In this document: positions 19,387 through 29,900 of the stretch, one piece after another
Position numbering within the stretch: position 1 is the stretch's first letter
Layout of the letters: each line of letters begins with the position of its first letter
Origin: Myxococcota bacterium
GTDB lineage: Bacteria; Myxococcota_A; Polyangia; Nannocystales; Nannocystaceae
Assembly (NCBI GenBank): GCA_039028615.1
Contig: JBCCHT010000023.1
Location: forward strand, 96,001-160,000
Length of the DNA: 64,000 nucleotides
Direction: 5' to 3'
Made by a program: the position numbers and the translations under genes
Notes under the pieces: model-generated
Seen by the model: only the letters and a program-made list of their open reading frames with translations
Database searches by the model: none
What the model was told of the DNA's origin: nothing

Positions 19387-22203
19387 TCACTCGGCGTCCA
19401 GCGGCACCCCGTGCGCGCGAGCCCACGGTGTCACTCGATCGATGGGGTCGTCCCGCCACGGCACCGTCTTCGACAGCTCCCGAGCGCGACGCAACTGCGC
19501 GATCGCCTGGTCGGGTGCCTCGCCGAGCAACCACATCGCCTTGCCCAGGTCGACTTCGCAGAGCACCCGCTGAACCGGCGCGCCCCCGCTCGCTTCGAGC
19601 ACCTCGATGCAACGACGCGAGGCCTCGACCGCGGCATCGAAACGATCGAGGGCCAGGGACGCGGTCCCGAGGTTGACCAGAATCGGCACGAGCTGAGCGT
19701 GATTGGGGCCGAGCGCAGCCACGAGCGTGTCGTGGGCAGCGTGCAGCTCGTCCACCGCGACCGCAGGCTCTCCCATCTCGAGCAAGGTGCGACCGATGGC
19801 CAAGCGCACCAGCGCGACGTCGGGGTGCTCGGGCCCGAGCGCGGCCAGCTGAATCTCCAATGCTCGCCGAGACGCCGCCAACGACTCGGGGAAGCGCTCG
19901 AGGGCCGACAAGACCAGCGCCAGGTTGCCCAGGCCGTTGCCGACCCGCGGATGCTCGGGACCGAGACTGCGGGTCCAGACCTCCACCGCACGCTCGAACG
20001 GAGCGACCGCGCCCTCGAGATCCCCCATGGACGCCAGCGCCGTGCCGAGCGAGTTGCTGGCCATGGCCACATCGGGATGGGTCGGCGAGCGCGAGCGCCC
20101 GAAGATCTCCAGCGCGGTGCGAGCGTGCTCGGCCGAGCGTTCGAAACGGGCCTCGGCCAGCTCGACGGTCGCCAGGTTGTTGTGCACCAAGCCGACCCGC
20201 GGATGCGATGCACCCAGCACACGACCGTACTGTGCCCGCGCCTGCTCGAGCTGGTCCCGCGCCTCTTCGGTCCGACCGAGTTCACGCAGGGTGGTGGCCA
20301 TGGTCACCCGCAGGGCGCCGATGCGGGCGTCGGCCTCGGGATAGACCCTCAGCGCACGCTGGAGCGCGAGTTCGTGCTGCTGCTGCGCGTCGTCGTAGTG
20401 CCCCCGCGTGAACAGGATGTTGCCGCGGGCCCGATGGAGCTCGGCATGCAGCACATCGGAATCGTCCATCTTGCCCACGACGGGCGTCGCCAGCGTCGCC
20501 CACTCGAGCCCGGCATCGGCGTCGGCGAGCCGATAGCCGAGCAGCTCCGCGAGCAAGACCATGCCGCGCGCTCGCGTCCGCAGGTCGTCCGCGCGCTCGG
20601 CCGCCCCGATCGCCGCGATGAGCTCGGTGCGGGCGCTCTCGAAGTCGGCTTCATCGAGCAGCGCGATGGCCCGGGCTTCGTGCAGGCGCGCGCTCAGCCG
20701 TGCATCGGGCTCGAAGCCGTCGGCCGGCTCTCGTTCGAGCACGGTCAACGCTTCCGCGGGCCGCCCCGCGGCCGACAGCGCCCGTGCGCGATAGATCTGC
20801 TGCTGGAGCGCCTCCGTCTGCGGGCTCGAAGTCTCGGACGCCGACGACGAGGTCTCGTCTCGACACGAACTCGCGGGCGCCAGCTGCTGCACGGCCAACG
20901 TGGCCCGAGACGCGGCATCGGGCAACGACTCGGCCAGGACATCGAGCTGTACGCCGAGCGCCTCCAGCCGCTGGTCGAGGCACGTCAGGCGACTTTGGAG
21001 CGCGGCGCTGGACTGAACGCCATCGACATGGGTGGCGCGACAGGCATCGTCCAGCTCGGCCGTCCAGGCCTGACCGTAGCCTTCGAGCGCCCGGGTGGTG
21101 GCCTCGAGGACTTCGTCCGCACGCGCGGGAGCATCGGAGCGCAAGCGAGCCTCGAGCCCTTCGCTCCGCGCCGTGGTCCAGGTCTCGTCCCAGTGGCGCT
21201 GGCGAGCCCGGCAAGCCTCGAGCGGCGAGTCGCTCGACCCGAGCCACCATGTGCCTCCCGCCAGCGCCAGCGTGGCGAACCCGAGCCCGAGCCATCGACC
21301 ATGTCGCGACGGTCGCAGAGCCTGGGCGATCGCCTCGAGCAGCGCATCCATCGATTCGAAGCGAGCCTCGCGGTCGCGCGCCAAACCGCGGCGCAGCGCG
21401 GCATCGAGTGCCGTCGGCCACGGCGAGGACGAGGTCGCGGCGCCCTCGGTGCCCGGCCGATGCCCGTGCAAGGCCTCGTAGAGCGCGACACAGTACGCGT
21501 ACTGATCCGAGCGCGGATCGGCGTCCCCTTCCCATTGCTCCGGCGACATATAGGCGGGAGTCCCGAGCACGGCTGGCCCTTCGGTCGAAGCCTCCGCGGC
21601 GAGCCCCGCCAACCCAAAGTCGGCCACCAACACCCGTCCGTCGTCACCGAGGAGCACATTGCCCGGCTTGAAGTCGCGGTGGATCAACCCGCTGCGATGC
21701 GCCGCGGCCAAGCCATGGCCCGCGGCCACGAACACCTCCACGACCTCCCGCCACGGCCGTTGCTCATCCAGCCAATGCCGAAGGTCCACGCCCTCCACCA
21801 GCTCCATGACCAGGTAGCCCTGGCCCTCGAACTCGCCGAACTCGTGCACCGTCACCACGTTGGGATGCGTGAGCCGAGCCATCGCCCGCGCCTCGCGACG
21901 AATCCGTCGGCGCCTCGGCTCCTCGTCGGGCCCCGCCCCCCAGCGCAGCAGCTTCAGTGCGACCTGGCGATCGAGCTCGGGGTCGTGCGCGCGATAGACC
22001 TCGCCCATCGCCCCCTGGCCGATGCGCTCGTGAACGGTGAAGCGCCCGAGGGTCTGCGAGGGTCGCTCATGGCCGAACATCCGGTGCTGGAGCTCGGCGT
22101 GGATCCGAGCGGCCTCGAGCCCCTGGCCCTGCCGCAGCTGTGCGATCCCTTCTCGCACTCGGCTGCCATCCGCCGCGGCCGTCGAAACACTCCCCGATGG
22201 CAT
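19387..22203 (-). CDS. Membrane Ser/Thr protein kinase with TPR repeats
   Basis: IGQGAMG, HRDFKPGN, DFG, GTPAYMSPE, TM, and kinesin-light-chain-type TPRs (LGPEHP). Start inferred at the ATG at 22203. Confidence 0.92.
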   Translation of the reverse strand: MPSGSVSTAAADGSRVREGIAQLRQGQGLEAARIHAELQHRMFGHERPSQTLGRFTVHERIGQGAMGEVYRAHDPELDRQVALKLLRWGAGPDEEPRRRRIRREARAMARLTHPNVVTVHEFGEFEGQGYLVMELVEGVDLRHWLDEQRPWREVVEVFVAAGHGLAAAHRSGLIHRDFKPGNVLLGDDGRVLVADFGLAGLAAEASTEGPAVLGTPAYMSPEQWEGDADPRSDQYAYCVALYEALHGHRPGTEGAATSSSPWPTALDAALRRGLARDREARFESMDALLEAIAQALRPSRHGRWLGLGFATLALAGGTWWLGSSDSPLEACRARQRHWDETWTTARSEGLEARLRSDAPARADEVLEATTRALEGYGQAWTAELDDACRATHVDGVQSSAALQSRLTCLDQRLEALGVQLDVLAESLPDAASRATLAVQQLAPASSCRDETSSSASETSSPQTEALQQQIYRARALSAAGRPAEALTVLEREPADGFEPDARLSARLHEARAIALLDEADFESARTELIAAIGAAERADDLRTRARGMVLLAELLGYRLADADAGLEWATLATPVVGKMDDSDVLHAELHRARGNILFTRGHYDDAQQQHELALQRALRVYPEADARIGALRVTMATTLRELGRTEEARDQLEQARAQYGRVLGASHPRVGLVHNNLATVELAEARFERSAEHARTALEIFGRSRSPTHPDVAMASNSLGTALASMGDLEGAVAPFERAVEVWTRSLGPEHPRVGNGLGNLALVLSALERFPESLAASRRALEIQLAALGPEHPDVALVRLAIGRTLLEMGEPAVAVDELHAAHDTLVAALGPNHAQLVPILVNLGTASLALDRFDAAVEASRRCIEVLEASGGAPVQRVLCEVDLGKAMWLLGEAPDQAIAQLRRARELSKTVPWRDDPIDRVTPWARAHGVPLDAE

Positions 22204-22316
22204 CGCAAAGACCAGTGTAGCGGGGTCACGGCTCGCCCGGCGCCGCTTCGACCAAACCGTCGATCCGCGCCACCAGCCAACGTTCGCGGTTCCGTGCTCG
22301 GGCTCGTCGGGGGCGC

Positions 22317-23282
22317 TCAGACCTCGAAGAGCCGCATGGCCATGGAGACCATTTGATCGATGTCTTCGCGGCCTTGGACCTCCAGGCCGAACTGCTGAAG
22401 CATCGGCGCCATGTTCCGACGCACCATCGCCACCTCGGTCGGTGTGGTGTCGTAGCCTTCGAATGGCCCGCTCAACGCCTGCGCCGACGCCCGCTGGGTG
22501 GCTGCGACGACGTAGTTCCGAATCGCCGCCATCTTGTCGTAGTCGAGCCGGTCCGGGGTGTCGGTGGGCATGTGGTAGTGCTCCCAGCGAGCGCACGTGA
22601 GAAACAAGTAGGGCCGCTGGTCGAGCCGAAATGCATGGTAGTCGCTGAGATCACCGATGTAGCGGGTCAACAGCGGCACCGCACGAACGCCTCGGACTTC
22701 TGCTCCCGCCTCGATCACGGGCTCGAGCCCCGGGTCGCTCTCCATACCCGTCACGAACAACAGGTCGCCACATCCGGGGATCGGGACCTCATGGCCGCAC
22801 AGGTCGAGCACGATGGCGCAGTGCACCGGCCCTTTTCGCTGAGCGCGATAGAAGTACGTCGACCCCATGTTCGGGGTCAGGAAGCGCGGTGGCTCCTCGC
22901 CGTCGAAGAACGCGAACACCACGTCACGCTCGAGCCGAGCCGAGCGCAGCGGCTTCACCGAGGACAACGAGATCGCGATGGCAGCGGCGTTGTCATCGGC
23001 GCCCGGCTGCCGGCCACACGTGTCGTAGTGCGCCGCCAGCAGCATCGGAGGCAGGCTGGGGTCACGACCGGGGAGTCGACCCAGCACGTTCACCTGCCCC
23101 GAGTTTCGCGGGCCGTAGGGCCATTCGAACGCGTCCCCATAGGGCTGCAACCCGAGCCTCTGCATCCGCTCGAGCAACCATGCCCGGGCCGCCCGATGCC
23201 CCTTGCTCCCCACGACCCGCTCACCCGGCTCGGTCAGCGCTTCGACATCCGCCCGTAGGGTTTCGAGCAGCTCGTACGACAT
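22317..23282 (-). CDS. M28 family metallopeptidase
   Basis: AAHYD, PGADDNA, FDGEE, SDYHAF and YHMPTDT. Confidence 0.9.
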   Translation of the reverse strand: MSYELLETLRADVEALTEPGERVVGSKGHRAARAWLLERMQRLGLQPYGDAFEWPYGPRNSGQVNVLGRLPGRDPSLPPMLLAAHYDTCGRQPGADDNAAAIAISLSSVKPLRSARLERDVVFAFFDGEEPPRFLTPNMGSTYFYRAQRKGPVHCAIVLDLCGHEVPIPGCGDLLFVTGMESDPGLEPVIEAGAEVRGVRAVPLLTRYIGDLSDYHAFRLDQRPYLFLTCARWEHYHMPTDTPDRLDYDKMAAIRNYVVAATQRASAQALSGPFEGYDTTPTEVAMVRRNMAPMLQQFGLEVQGREDIDQMVSMAMRLFEV

Positions 23283-23317
23283 GGCCGAGACCATACGCCC
23301 CCCGCCGAGATCCGCAA

Positions 23318-24916
23318 CTACTGCACGCCGGCCGACGGGATCCGCGGGAGCTCGAACGCGAAGTCCCAGGCGTCGCCACCCGTCGTCCACCCGAGCACCA
23401 TCGGCGCGGCGTTGGGATCGGAGAAGTGCCCGTCGATCGAGCTGGCCGGCTGCGCCCCGTTGCCGTCGGCCCCTGGCCATACGACCTCGTTGTAGAAGCA
23501 GCTCTCGGCCACCGCGTGGGTGCTGAAGGGCACACCACCGCCCGGGCCCGAAGCCGTGCCCACGCTGAAGCTGGAGACGATGGCCGGCGGCGTGTCCCAG
23601 TCGGGATAGGCGGAAAACGCCCCGGCGACGGGTCCGACGGCAGGAGCATCGTGGGTGCCTTCGGCGTGACCCGAGGCATAACAACGCTCCACGATCTGAT
23701 CGCCCAGCGCGTTCGGCAGCGGATCGAAGTGCGCGACGAGTCCCCCAGCAACGCCCGCATGGACGTCGCCCGTGGCGTAGCAATCGTGAATCGTATAGGC
23801 GGTCAGGCCCTCGCTGCCTCCCGTGAGGCCCCCGCCCACGGAGACCGACCAGGGAAAGCGCGGCACCGCGGTGACCTGCCCCGTCGCGTAGGACCACTCG
23901 AGGGTGCCCGAACCGACGGAGCCCACGAGCCCACCCGCGAGATCCTGCGCGGTCACGTCTCCGGTGGCAAAGCAGTGATCGACGTTGCCGCCCTGCGCCG
24001 CACCGACCAGGCCACCGCCCACCCGATGGCCATCACCGAGCACATCGCCGTGGGCCTCGCAGTGCCGCAGCTGCCCAGTCAGGGCCCCGACCAAGCCGCC
24101 GATGAAGATGACGCTATGCTCGATCTCCGGGTTGAGCTGGACGTCCCCCCGCGAGGTCGCATTCTCCACGAGGCCGCCATACACCCGCCCCGCGAGCCCT
24201 CCGGTGTGGCTTCCGCCCGAGACCAAGACCCCGACCTGAGCCCCATCCACCGTGGACTGCCGCAGCTCTCCGGCCAGGCCTCCGACCTCCTGCAGACCGG
24301 TCACCGATCCGAGCTCGACCCCGACGTCGATCAGCGTGACGTCCTGGCCGTAGCCGATCATCGCCCCGACCCACCCCGACTCGGGCCGATCGACGGAGAC
24401 CTGCACGAGCGTGAGACTCTCGATGTGCGCCCCCTCGGCCCAACCGAAGAGCCCGTAGGCGAAGGGCACGAGGTCTTGCTCGAGCCGGAGCCCGATGATG
24501 TCGAAGCCCTGCCCGTCGTACGAACCGCTGAAGGGGACCTCTTGAGTGCCGATGACAAACTCGCCGCTGCCGTATTCGTACTGCGGCCACAAGTCGATGT
24601 CGTTGCACTGCACGAAGTGGCTCGCCCACGAGGCGGGGTGTGCCGCGAGATCGGCCAGCTGGTGGTGGCTGTAGATCTCGAAGGGCGAGTCGACGGTGCC
24701 CGCCCCGACCGCATCGTGGGCCACGGGGCTGACCTGGCCCGTACACGGGGTGCCGCCCCCTTCCTCGCCACCGCCCCTCGACCCCTCGACCGCATCGATC
24801 CCGGACCGGAACTCCGCGGGCGAATCGGAATCGCAGCCGCTCGATGCCACGAAACCAGGGAGCGCACACGATAGAGTGAGGACGACGAAGCGAGGCTGCA
24901 CGCCGGGTATTGACAC
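23318..24916 (-). CDS. GLUG-motif repeat (beta-helix) exported protein or lipoprotein
   Basis: GAGTVDSPFEI, FSGSYDGQG, and repeated GGLVG/GGLAG with ATGDV. Start uncertain (24916 or 24901). Confidence 0.8.
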   Translation of the reverse strand: MSIPGVQPRFVVLTLSCALPGFVASSGCDSDSPAEFRSGIDAVEGSRGGGEEGGGTPCTGQVSPVAHDAVGAGTVDSPFEIYSHHQLADLAAHPASWASHFVQCNDIDLWPQYEYGSGEFVIGTQEVPFSGSYDGQGFDIIGLRLEQDLVPFAYGLFGWAEGAHIESLTLVQVSVDRPESGWVGAMIGYGQDVTLIDVGVELGSVTGLQEVGGLAGELRQSTVDGAQVGVLVSGGSHTGGLAGRVYGGLVENATSRGDVQLNPEIEHSVIFIGGLVGALTGQLRHCEAHGDVLGDGHRVGGGLVGAAQGGNVDHCFATGDVTAQDLAGGLVGSVGSGTLEWSYATGQVTAVPRFPWSVSVGGGLTGGSEGLTAYTIHDCYATGDVHAGVAGGLVAHFDPLPNALGDQIVERCYASGHAEGTHDAPAVGPVAGAFSAYPDWDTPPAIVSSFSVGTASGPGGGVPFSTHAVAESCFYNEVVWPGADGNGAQPASSIDGHFSDPNAAPMVLGWTTGGDAWDFAFELPRIPSAGVQ

Positions 24917-25106
24917 GAGCGACGATTTGGTTGGTTCGACGATCGGCTTTTCTTTCCCCGCGCGTTTTCGCCATCAGCGTGGAACATCGTCCCCTGGGAG
25001 GCGATCCAGGCTTACGCGTAGAAAGCGCAGAACGGCGCCGTCGAAGTTTTTGAACCAGTGACTCGATCGTTGCGCGATCGAGGGACACTACCGGTCCGGA
25101 CGCGCC

Positions 25107-26783
25107 ATGGCTTTTCGACTCCCCTGGACCCTCCCCCTCGCGGCGTGTGCCGCGGCCCTTGCCCACCTCGCGCAGCCCTCGGTCGCGCACGCCTGCGGCG
25201 GTACCTTCTGCGACGCGGGTCCACAAGCGATGCCCGTCGATCAGACGGGCGAGAACATCCTGTTCGTGGTCGGGCCGGAGTCGGTCGAAGCCCACGTCCA
25301 GATCCAGTACCAGGGCAATCCCGAGCAGTTCGCGTGGGTCGTGCCCGTGATGGCGGTGCCCGAGGTCGAGATCGGCTCCGACCCGCTGTTCGACAACCTG
25401 CTCACCGCCACCGTGCCCACGTTCATCTTGGACACCCAGCGGGAGGACAACTGCAACGACAACTCGGGCGGTGGGTTCGGCTGTGCGGCGGTCGCAGATC
25501 TGGCCTTGTCCTCCGACAGCGAAGGCATCGGGGAAGACCATGACAACTCGCCGACGGTCCTCGTGCAAGACACGGTGGGCGCGTTCGAATACGCGGTGCT
25601 CGAAGGCGGCACGGTCGAGGGCGTGACGCAGTGGCTCGACGAAAACGGCTACGCGCAGGACGACGAGGCGCCCGCCATCCTCGGCGAGTACCTCGACGAG
25701 GGCTTCTCGTTCGTCGCGTTCAAGCTGGTGGCGGGCGCGGGCGTCGACGAGATCCACCCCGTCATCCTGCGAACGCCCGGCGGTGAGCCCTGCGTGCCGC
25801 TGCGGCTCACTCGCATCGCGGCCAAGGAAGACATGGGCATCCGTACCTTCTTCCTGGGTGACGGCCGGGTCGTGCCCACCAACTACAGCCATGTCGAGAT
25901 CAACCCGCTCCACATCGACTGGCTCATCCCCGGCTCCAACTACGAAGAGGTGGTCACGCGCGCCGTCGATGAGCCCGGTGCCAGTGGCCGGGCGTTCGTG
26001 ACCGAGTACGCCGGGACATCGCAGACCGTCTCGCCCGACGGGATCCACTCCGAGCGGTGGAACTCGGCCCCCTTTTCGGAGATCGGGCCGAACCAGCTGA
26101 GCCGGGTGCTTCAAGACCAAGGCTTTTTGGACTGCACCTTCGAGTGCGGCTTCACCCACCCGCTGATCCAAGGGTTGCTCGAGACCTACCTGCCCGTGCC
26201 GCCCAACGTGGACCCGGTGGAGTTTTATATGTGCACCGAGTGCTTCAGCGACTTCATCGACGAGGAGCGCTGGGAGCCCAGCGAGTTCGCGGCGGCGCTC
26301 GAGGAGCGAGTGATCGGTCCGGCCGAGCACGCCCTCGACTTGCTCGAGCTGCCCTACCTGACGCGGATGTACACCACGATGTCGCCGCACGAGATGACCG
26401 TCGATCCGCTCTTCCATACCCGCGCCGACTTGCCCGAGGTCTCCAACCAGTTCTCGGCCACGCGCATCATCGACTGCGAGGGGCCCGACTCCATCATCCT
26501 CGAGGACGGGCGAGAGATCGTGTTCGATGAGCTCGACCGCCAGCCGGACTTCGAGGACATGCCTTACTCGGCGGTCATCGAGCGGATCCCCGAGCAGGGC
26601 GCCCCCATCCTCACCGTGGACTCCCGCGACGCCATCAACGACGCGCTCGAGGACTGGAACGACGACCACCGCGTGGCCGACGGCTGCAACTGCCGCGTCA
26701 CTCGCCACACCTTCGAGGGCGGCAGCACGATGATGCTGATGGTGTTGCTCGGGCTCCGCGCCCGCCGACGCCGACGCGACTGA
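25107..26783 (+). CDS. DUF2330 family protein with MYXO-CTERM-like anchor
   Basis: Signal peptide, ACGGTFC, FAWVVPV..PEV, WLDENGY, VPLRLT, and C-terminal GCNC + TM + RRRRR. Confidence 0.85.
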   Translation: MAFRLPWTLPLAACAAALAHLAQPSVAHACGGTFCDAGPQAMPVDQTGENILFVVGPESVEAHVQIQYQGNPEQFAWVVPVMAVPEVEIGSDPLFDNLLTATVPTFILDTQREDNCNDNSGGGFGCAAVADLALSSDSEGIGEDHDNSPTVLVQDTVGAFEYAVLEGGTVEGVTQWLDENGYAQDDEAPAILGEYLDEGFSFVAFKLVAGAGVDEIHPVILRTPGGEPCVPLRLTRIAAKEDMGIRTFFLGDGRVVPTNYSHVEINPLHIDWLIPGSNYEEVVTRAVDEPGASGRAFVTEYAGTSQTVSPDGIHSERWNSAPFSEIGPNQLSRVLQDQGFLDCTFECGFTHPLIQGLLETYLPVPPNVDPVEFYMCTECFSDFIDEERWEPSEFAAALEERVIGPAEHALDLLELPYLTRMYTTMSPHEMTVDPLFHTRADLPEVSNQFSATRIIDCEGPDSIILEDGREIVFDELDRQPDFEDMPYSAVIERIPEQGAPILTVDSRDAINDALEDWNDDHRVADGCNCRVTRHTFEGGSTMMLMVLLGLRARRRRRD

Positions 26784-26814
26784 TCGGCGTTTCCGGGAAA
26801 AATGACCTCCACCG

Positions 26815-26844
26815 CGGGCGAGTCAGAATTTTCTGACTCGCCCG
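26815..26844. repeat. Perfect 14-bp inverted repeat (terminator, operator or REP-like)
   Basis: cgggcgagtcagaa-tt-ttctgactcgcccg, between the DUF2330 and CHAT genes. Confidence 0.7.
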
Positions 26845-26909
26845 TCGCGCATGGGCCCGTCACCGCTCGCCTTTGTCGTTGGCCCGAGCCTCGCAAACGA
26901 ACGGGGTGA

Positions 26910-29900
26910 ATGCTGAAGGGCCTCGTTCACGCCGCGTTCGGTGCGTGGTTGTTCATGGCGGGGGCCAGTGTCGCCGACGCGCGGACGACGACGGCCCCGA
27001 CCAACGAAGAGATCGAGGACGCGGTCGAGCACGCCGCGCTCGCGCTGGGAAACTACGAGAACAACGACTGGGAGGCAGCGGCCGAGCACGGTCAGGCCGC
27101 CCTCGAGGTGCTCGGCCCCCGCTTCGGATGGGACGAGCCGAAGGTGGTCCAGCCCGTACTCGCGCTGACCATCGACTCGCTGATGAAGCTGGGGCGCAAC
27201 GCCGAAGCGGATGTCTTGATCGCCAAGCTCAAAGCGACCCAAGCCGCGAAGCCGAAGCCCACGCCCGAGCCGTCGTCCGCTCCTGCCCCCGAACCCGAGC
27301 CCAAGGAGAGCGCGCTGGACCAGGCCAACCGACTCGCGACCGAGGCCTTCCTCGCGTTCGTGCAGGGTCGCAACGACGAGGCGCGGGACAAGGGCCAGCG
27401 AGCGGTGACCGAGCTGGAGTCGCTCGACCCCGATGCGAAGTCGTTGCCGCAGATGCGAAGCCTGCTGGCGATCCTGTACGAGCGGCGCCTCGAGTACGGG
27501 AAAGCGGAAGCCCTGCTCGAGGCCAACCTCGCCAAGGCGCACGCCTCGGGGGACACGGTCGCGCAGGCACGGTGGACCGACGCCCTGGCTCGCACCGCGC
27601 TGAAGCAGGGCAAGGCCGACGAGGCCGAAGATGGCTTCGGGCGCGCGCTCGAGCTCGGACGAGAGGCGGACGATCTCGCGTCGCAGGCCGACGCGGTGGG
27701 AGGCCTGGGCGACGTGGCCTCGTTCCGGGAGCAGAGCACCCAGGCGATCGCCGAATACCGCCGCGCGCTGGCGATGCACGAGCGACGCCGGGACTTCGGC
27801 GCCTCGCATCTCGTCTCCCCGCTGCACGACCTGGGTGTCGCGCTGGAGCTGGCCGGTCAGTTCGAGGAGTCGGAGGCCGTCCTGACCCGGGCGCAGGCCA
27901 TCGCGACGCGGAGCTTCGGCGCCGACACGCCCGCGACCTGGAGCACCGCGATGTCGCTCGGGCGCCTGTATCGCTCCAAGGGGGATCACGATCGCGCGGT
28001 GAAGCTGTTCGAGGACACGCTGACCGCCCAGGAGGCCAAGCTTCCTCCCACGTCGCCCGGCATCGCCGCGTCGCTCAATCACCTCGCCGAGACCATGTGG
28101 GCCCGAGGCGATGCCCCGCCGCGGATCGTGGGGCTGGCCACGCGAGCGGCCGAGATTCACGAGCGCGAGATGACGACGGTGCTGCGCTCGGGCACCGAGG
28201 GCCAGAAGCGAGCCTACCTGGAGCGCTACCAGTCGGGCACGGACCGGATCATCTCGTATGCGGTCCGCGACGCGAGCACCGACCCGGGCGCGGTGCGGCT
28301 GGGGGCGACGACGGTGATCCGCCGCAAGGGTCGGCTGCTCGACGCGGTGAGCGATCAGTTCGCGCTGCTGCGTTCGCGGGCGGACGACGACACCCGGGCC
28401 AAGCTCGATCGCCTCGCCGAGGTGCAAGCCCAGATCTCCGCGCTGGCGCTGCGCGGCCCCGACGAGAACCTCGATGCCGCGGCCCATACCGAGCTATCGA
28501 ATCAGCTCCGCGCCGAGCTCGAGCAGCTCGATGACGCGCTCGCCGATGTCGTGCCGCCGGATGAGCGCTCTACGGTGCAGCTGGAGGACGTCGCCCGGCG
28601 GCTCGGCTCCGACGAGGCCCTGGTGGAGTTCGTGCTCTACCGGCCCTTCGACGTGCAGTACAAGAGCATGCTCACCGCCTTCGGCACGGAGCACTATGCC
28701 GCCTTCGTGGTGCATGGCGACGGGAGCACGGCCGTCGTCGACCTCGGTGAAGCGGCGCGCATCGACGAAGCGGTCGTGGCCTACCGCCGAGCGCTGGCCG
28801 ACCCCCGCACCGAGCCCGAGCGCATCGGTCGACAGCTCCACGGTTGGTTGATGGCCAAGATCGAGCCCGCGCTGGGGGGTAAGACGACGGTCTACGTCTC
28901 CCCCGACGGCATGCTCAACCTGCTGCCCTTGGCCGCGCTGGTCGACGCCGATCGCCGCTACCTCGTCGAGCGCTATCAGTTCACCTACCTCAGCAGCGGG
29001 CGGGACCTGCTGCGCCTGGCTCGCTCGGAACTCCCCCGCGAAGGGCCCCTGCTGGTCGGCTCCCCCGAATTTTCCCACGCGGGCGGCACGACGAGCACGG
29101 GCACTCGATCCGTCGGGCTCGCCGATCTGATCTTCCCGCCCTTGCCCGGTACCGCGGCCGAGCTCGACGCGCTGGCCAAGGTCCTGCCCAACGCTTCTGT
29201 ACGGCGCGAAGACGAAGCCACGGAGTCGGCGATCAAGCAGGCGCAGGGGCCCCTGGTCCTACACATCGCCACGCATGGGTTCTTCCTCGCCGACGAGCGG
29301 GCGGGCACCGAGGGCACGCGCGGGGTCACCTACGTCAAGGGTGACTTCGTACCGCCCTCGAAGGCCGAAAACCCGCTGATCCGCTCCGGCCTCGCGCTCG
29401 CGGGCGCCAACCTCCGCACCGGTCCCGATGGCCAAGACGGCATCCTCACCGCGCTCGAGCTGGCGTCGACCGACCTGCACGGGACCGAGCTGGTGGTGCT
29501 CTCCGCCTGCGAGACCGGGGTGGGCGAGGTTCGCAACGGCGACGGCGTCTACGGCCTGCGACGCGCCTTGGTGATCGCGGGCAGCCGCAGCCAGATCATG
29601 TCCCTGTGGCAGGTCGACGACGAGGCCACGCGCGATCTGATGACCAAGTTCTACCGCCGCCTCGATCGCGGCAAGGGCCGCTCGGAGGCGCTGCGGTCCG
29701 TCCAGCGCAAGATGCTGCGCAACAAAGCCACCGCGCATCCCTTCTACTGGGCCGCGTTCATCCCCAGCGGTGACCCGGGCTCGATGAAGCTGAAGGCCCC
29801 CAAGCCCCAGCCCCCGCGGCCGGGCAAGGTCGGCGGCTCGGGGGAGCTTCGCGACTACTGGAGCGACCGCTTCGACGAGCCGATGATGCTCTTCGGGGGC

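Noticed and set aside
19411..22356. 981-aa plus-strand ORF (likewise 53374..56106, 57498..60818, 24114..26708 and 61175..63124)
   Set aside because: Antisense shadows of well-supported genes, as expected in high-GC DNA; no recognisable motifs.
22317..23897. 526-aa ORF as the full peptidase
   Set aside because: The part above 23282 overlaps the GLUG gene in another frame.
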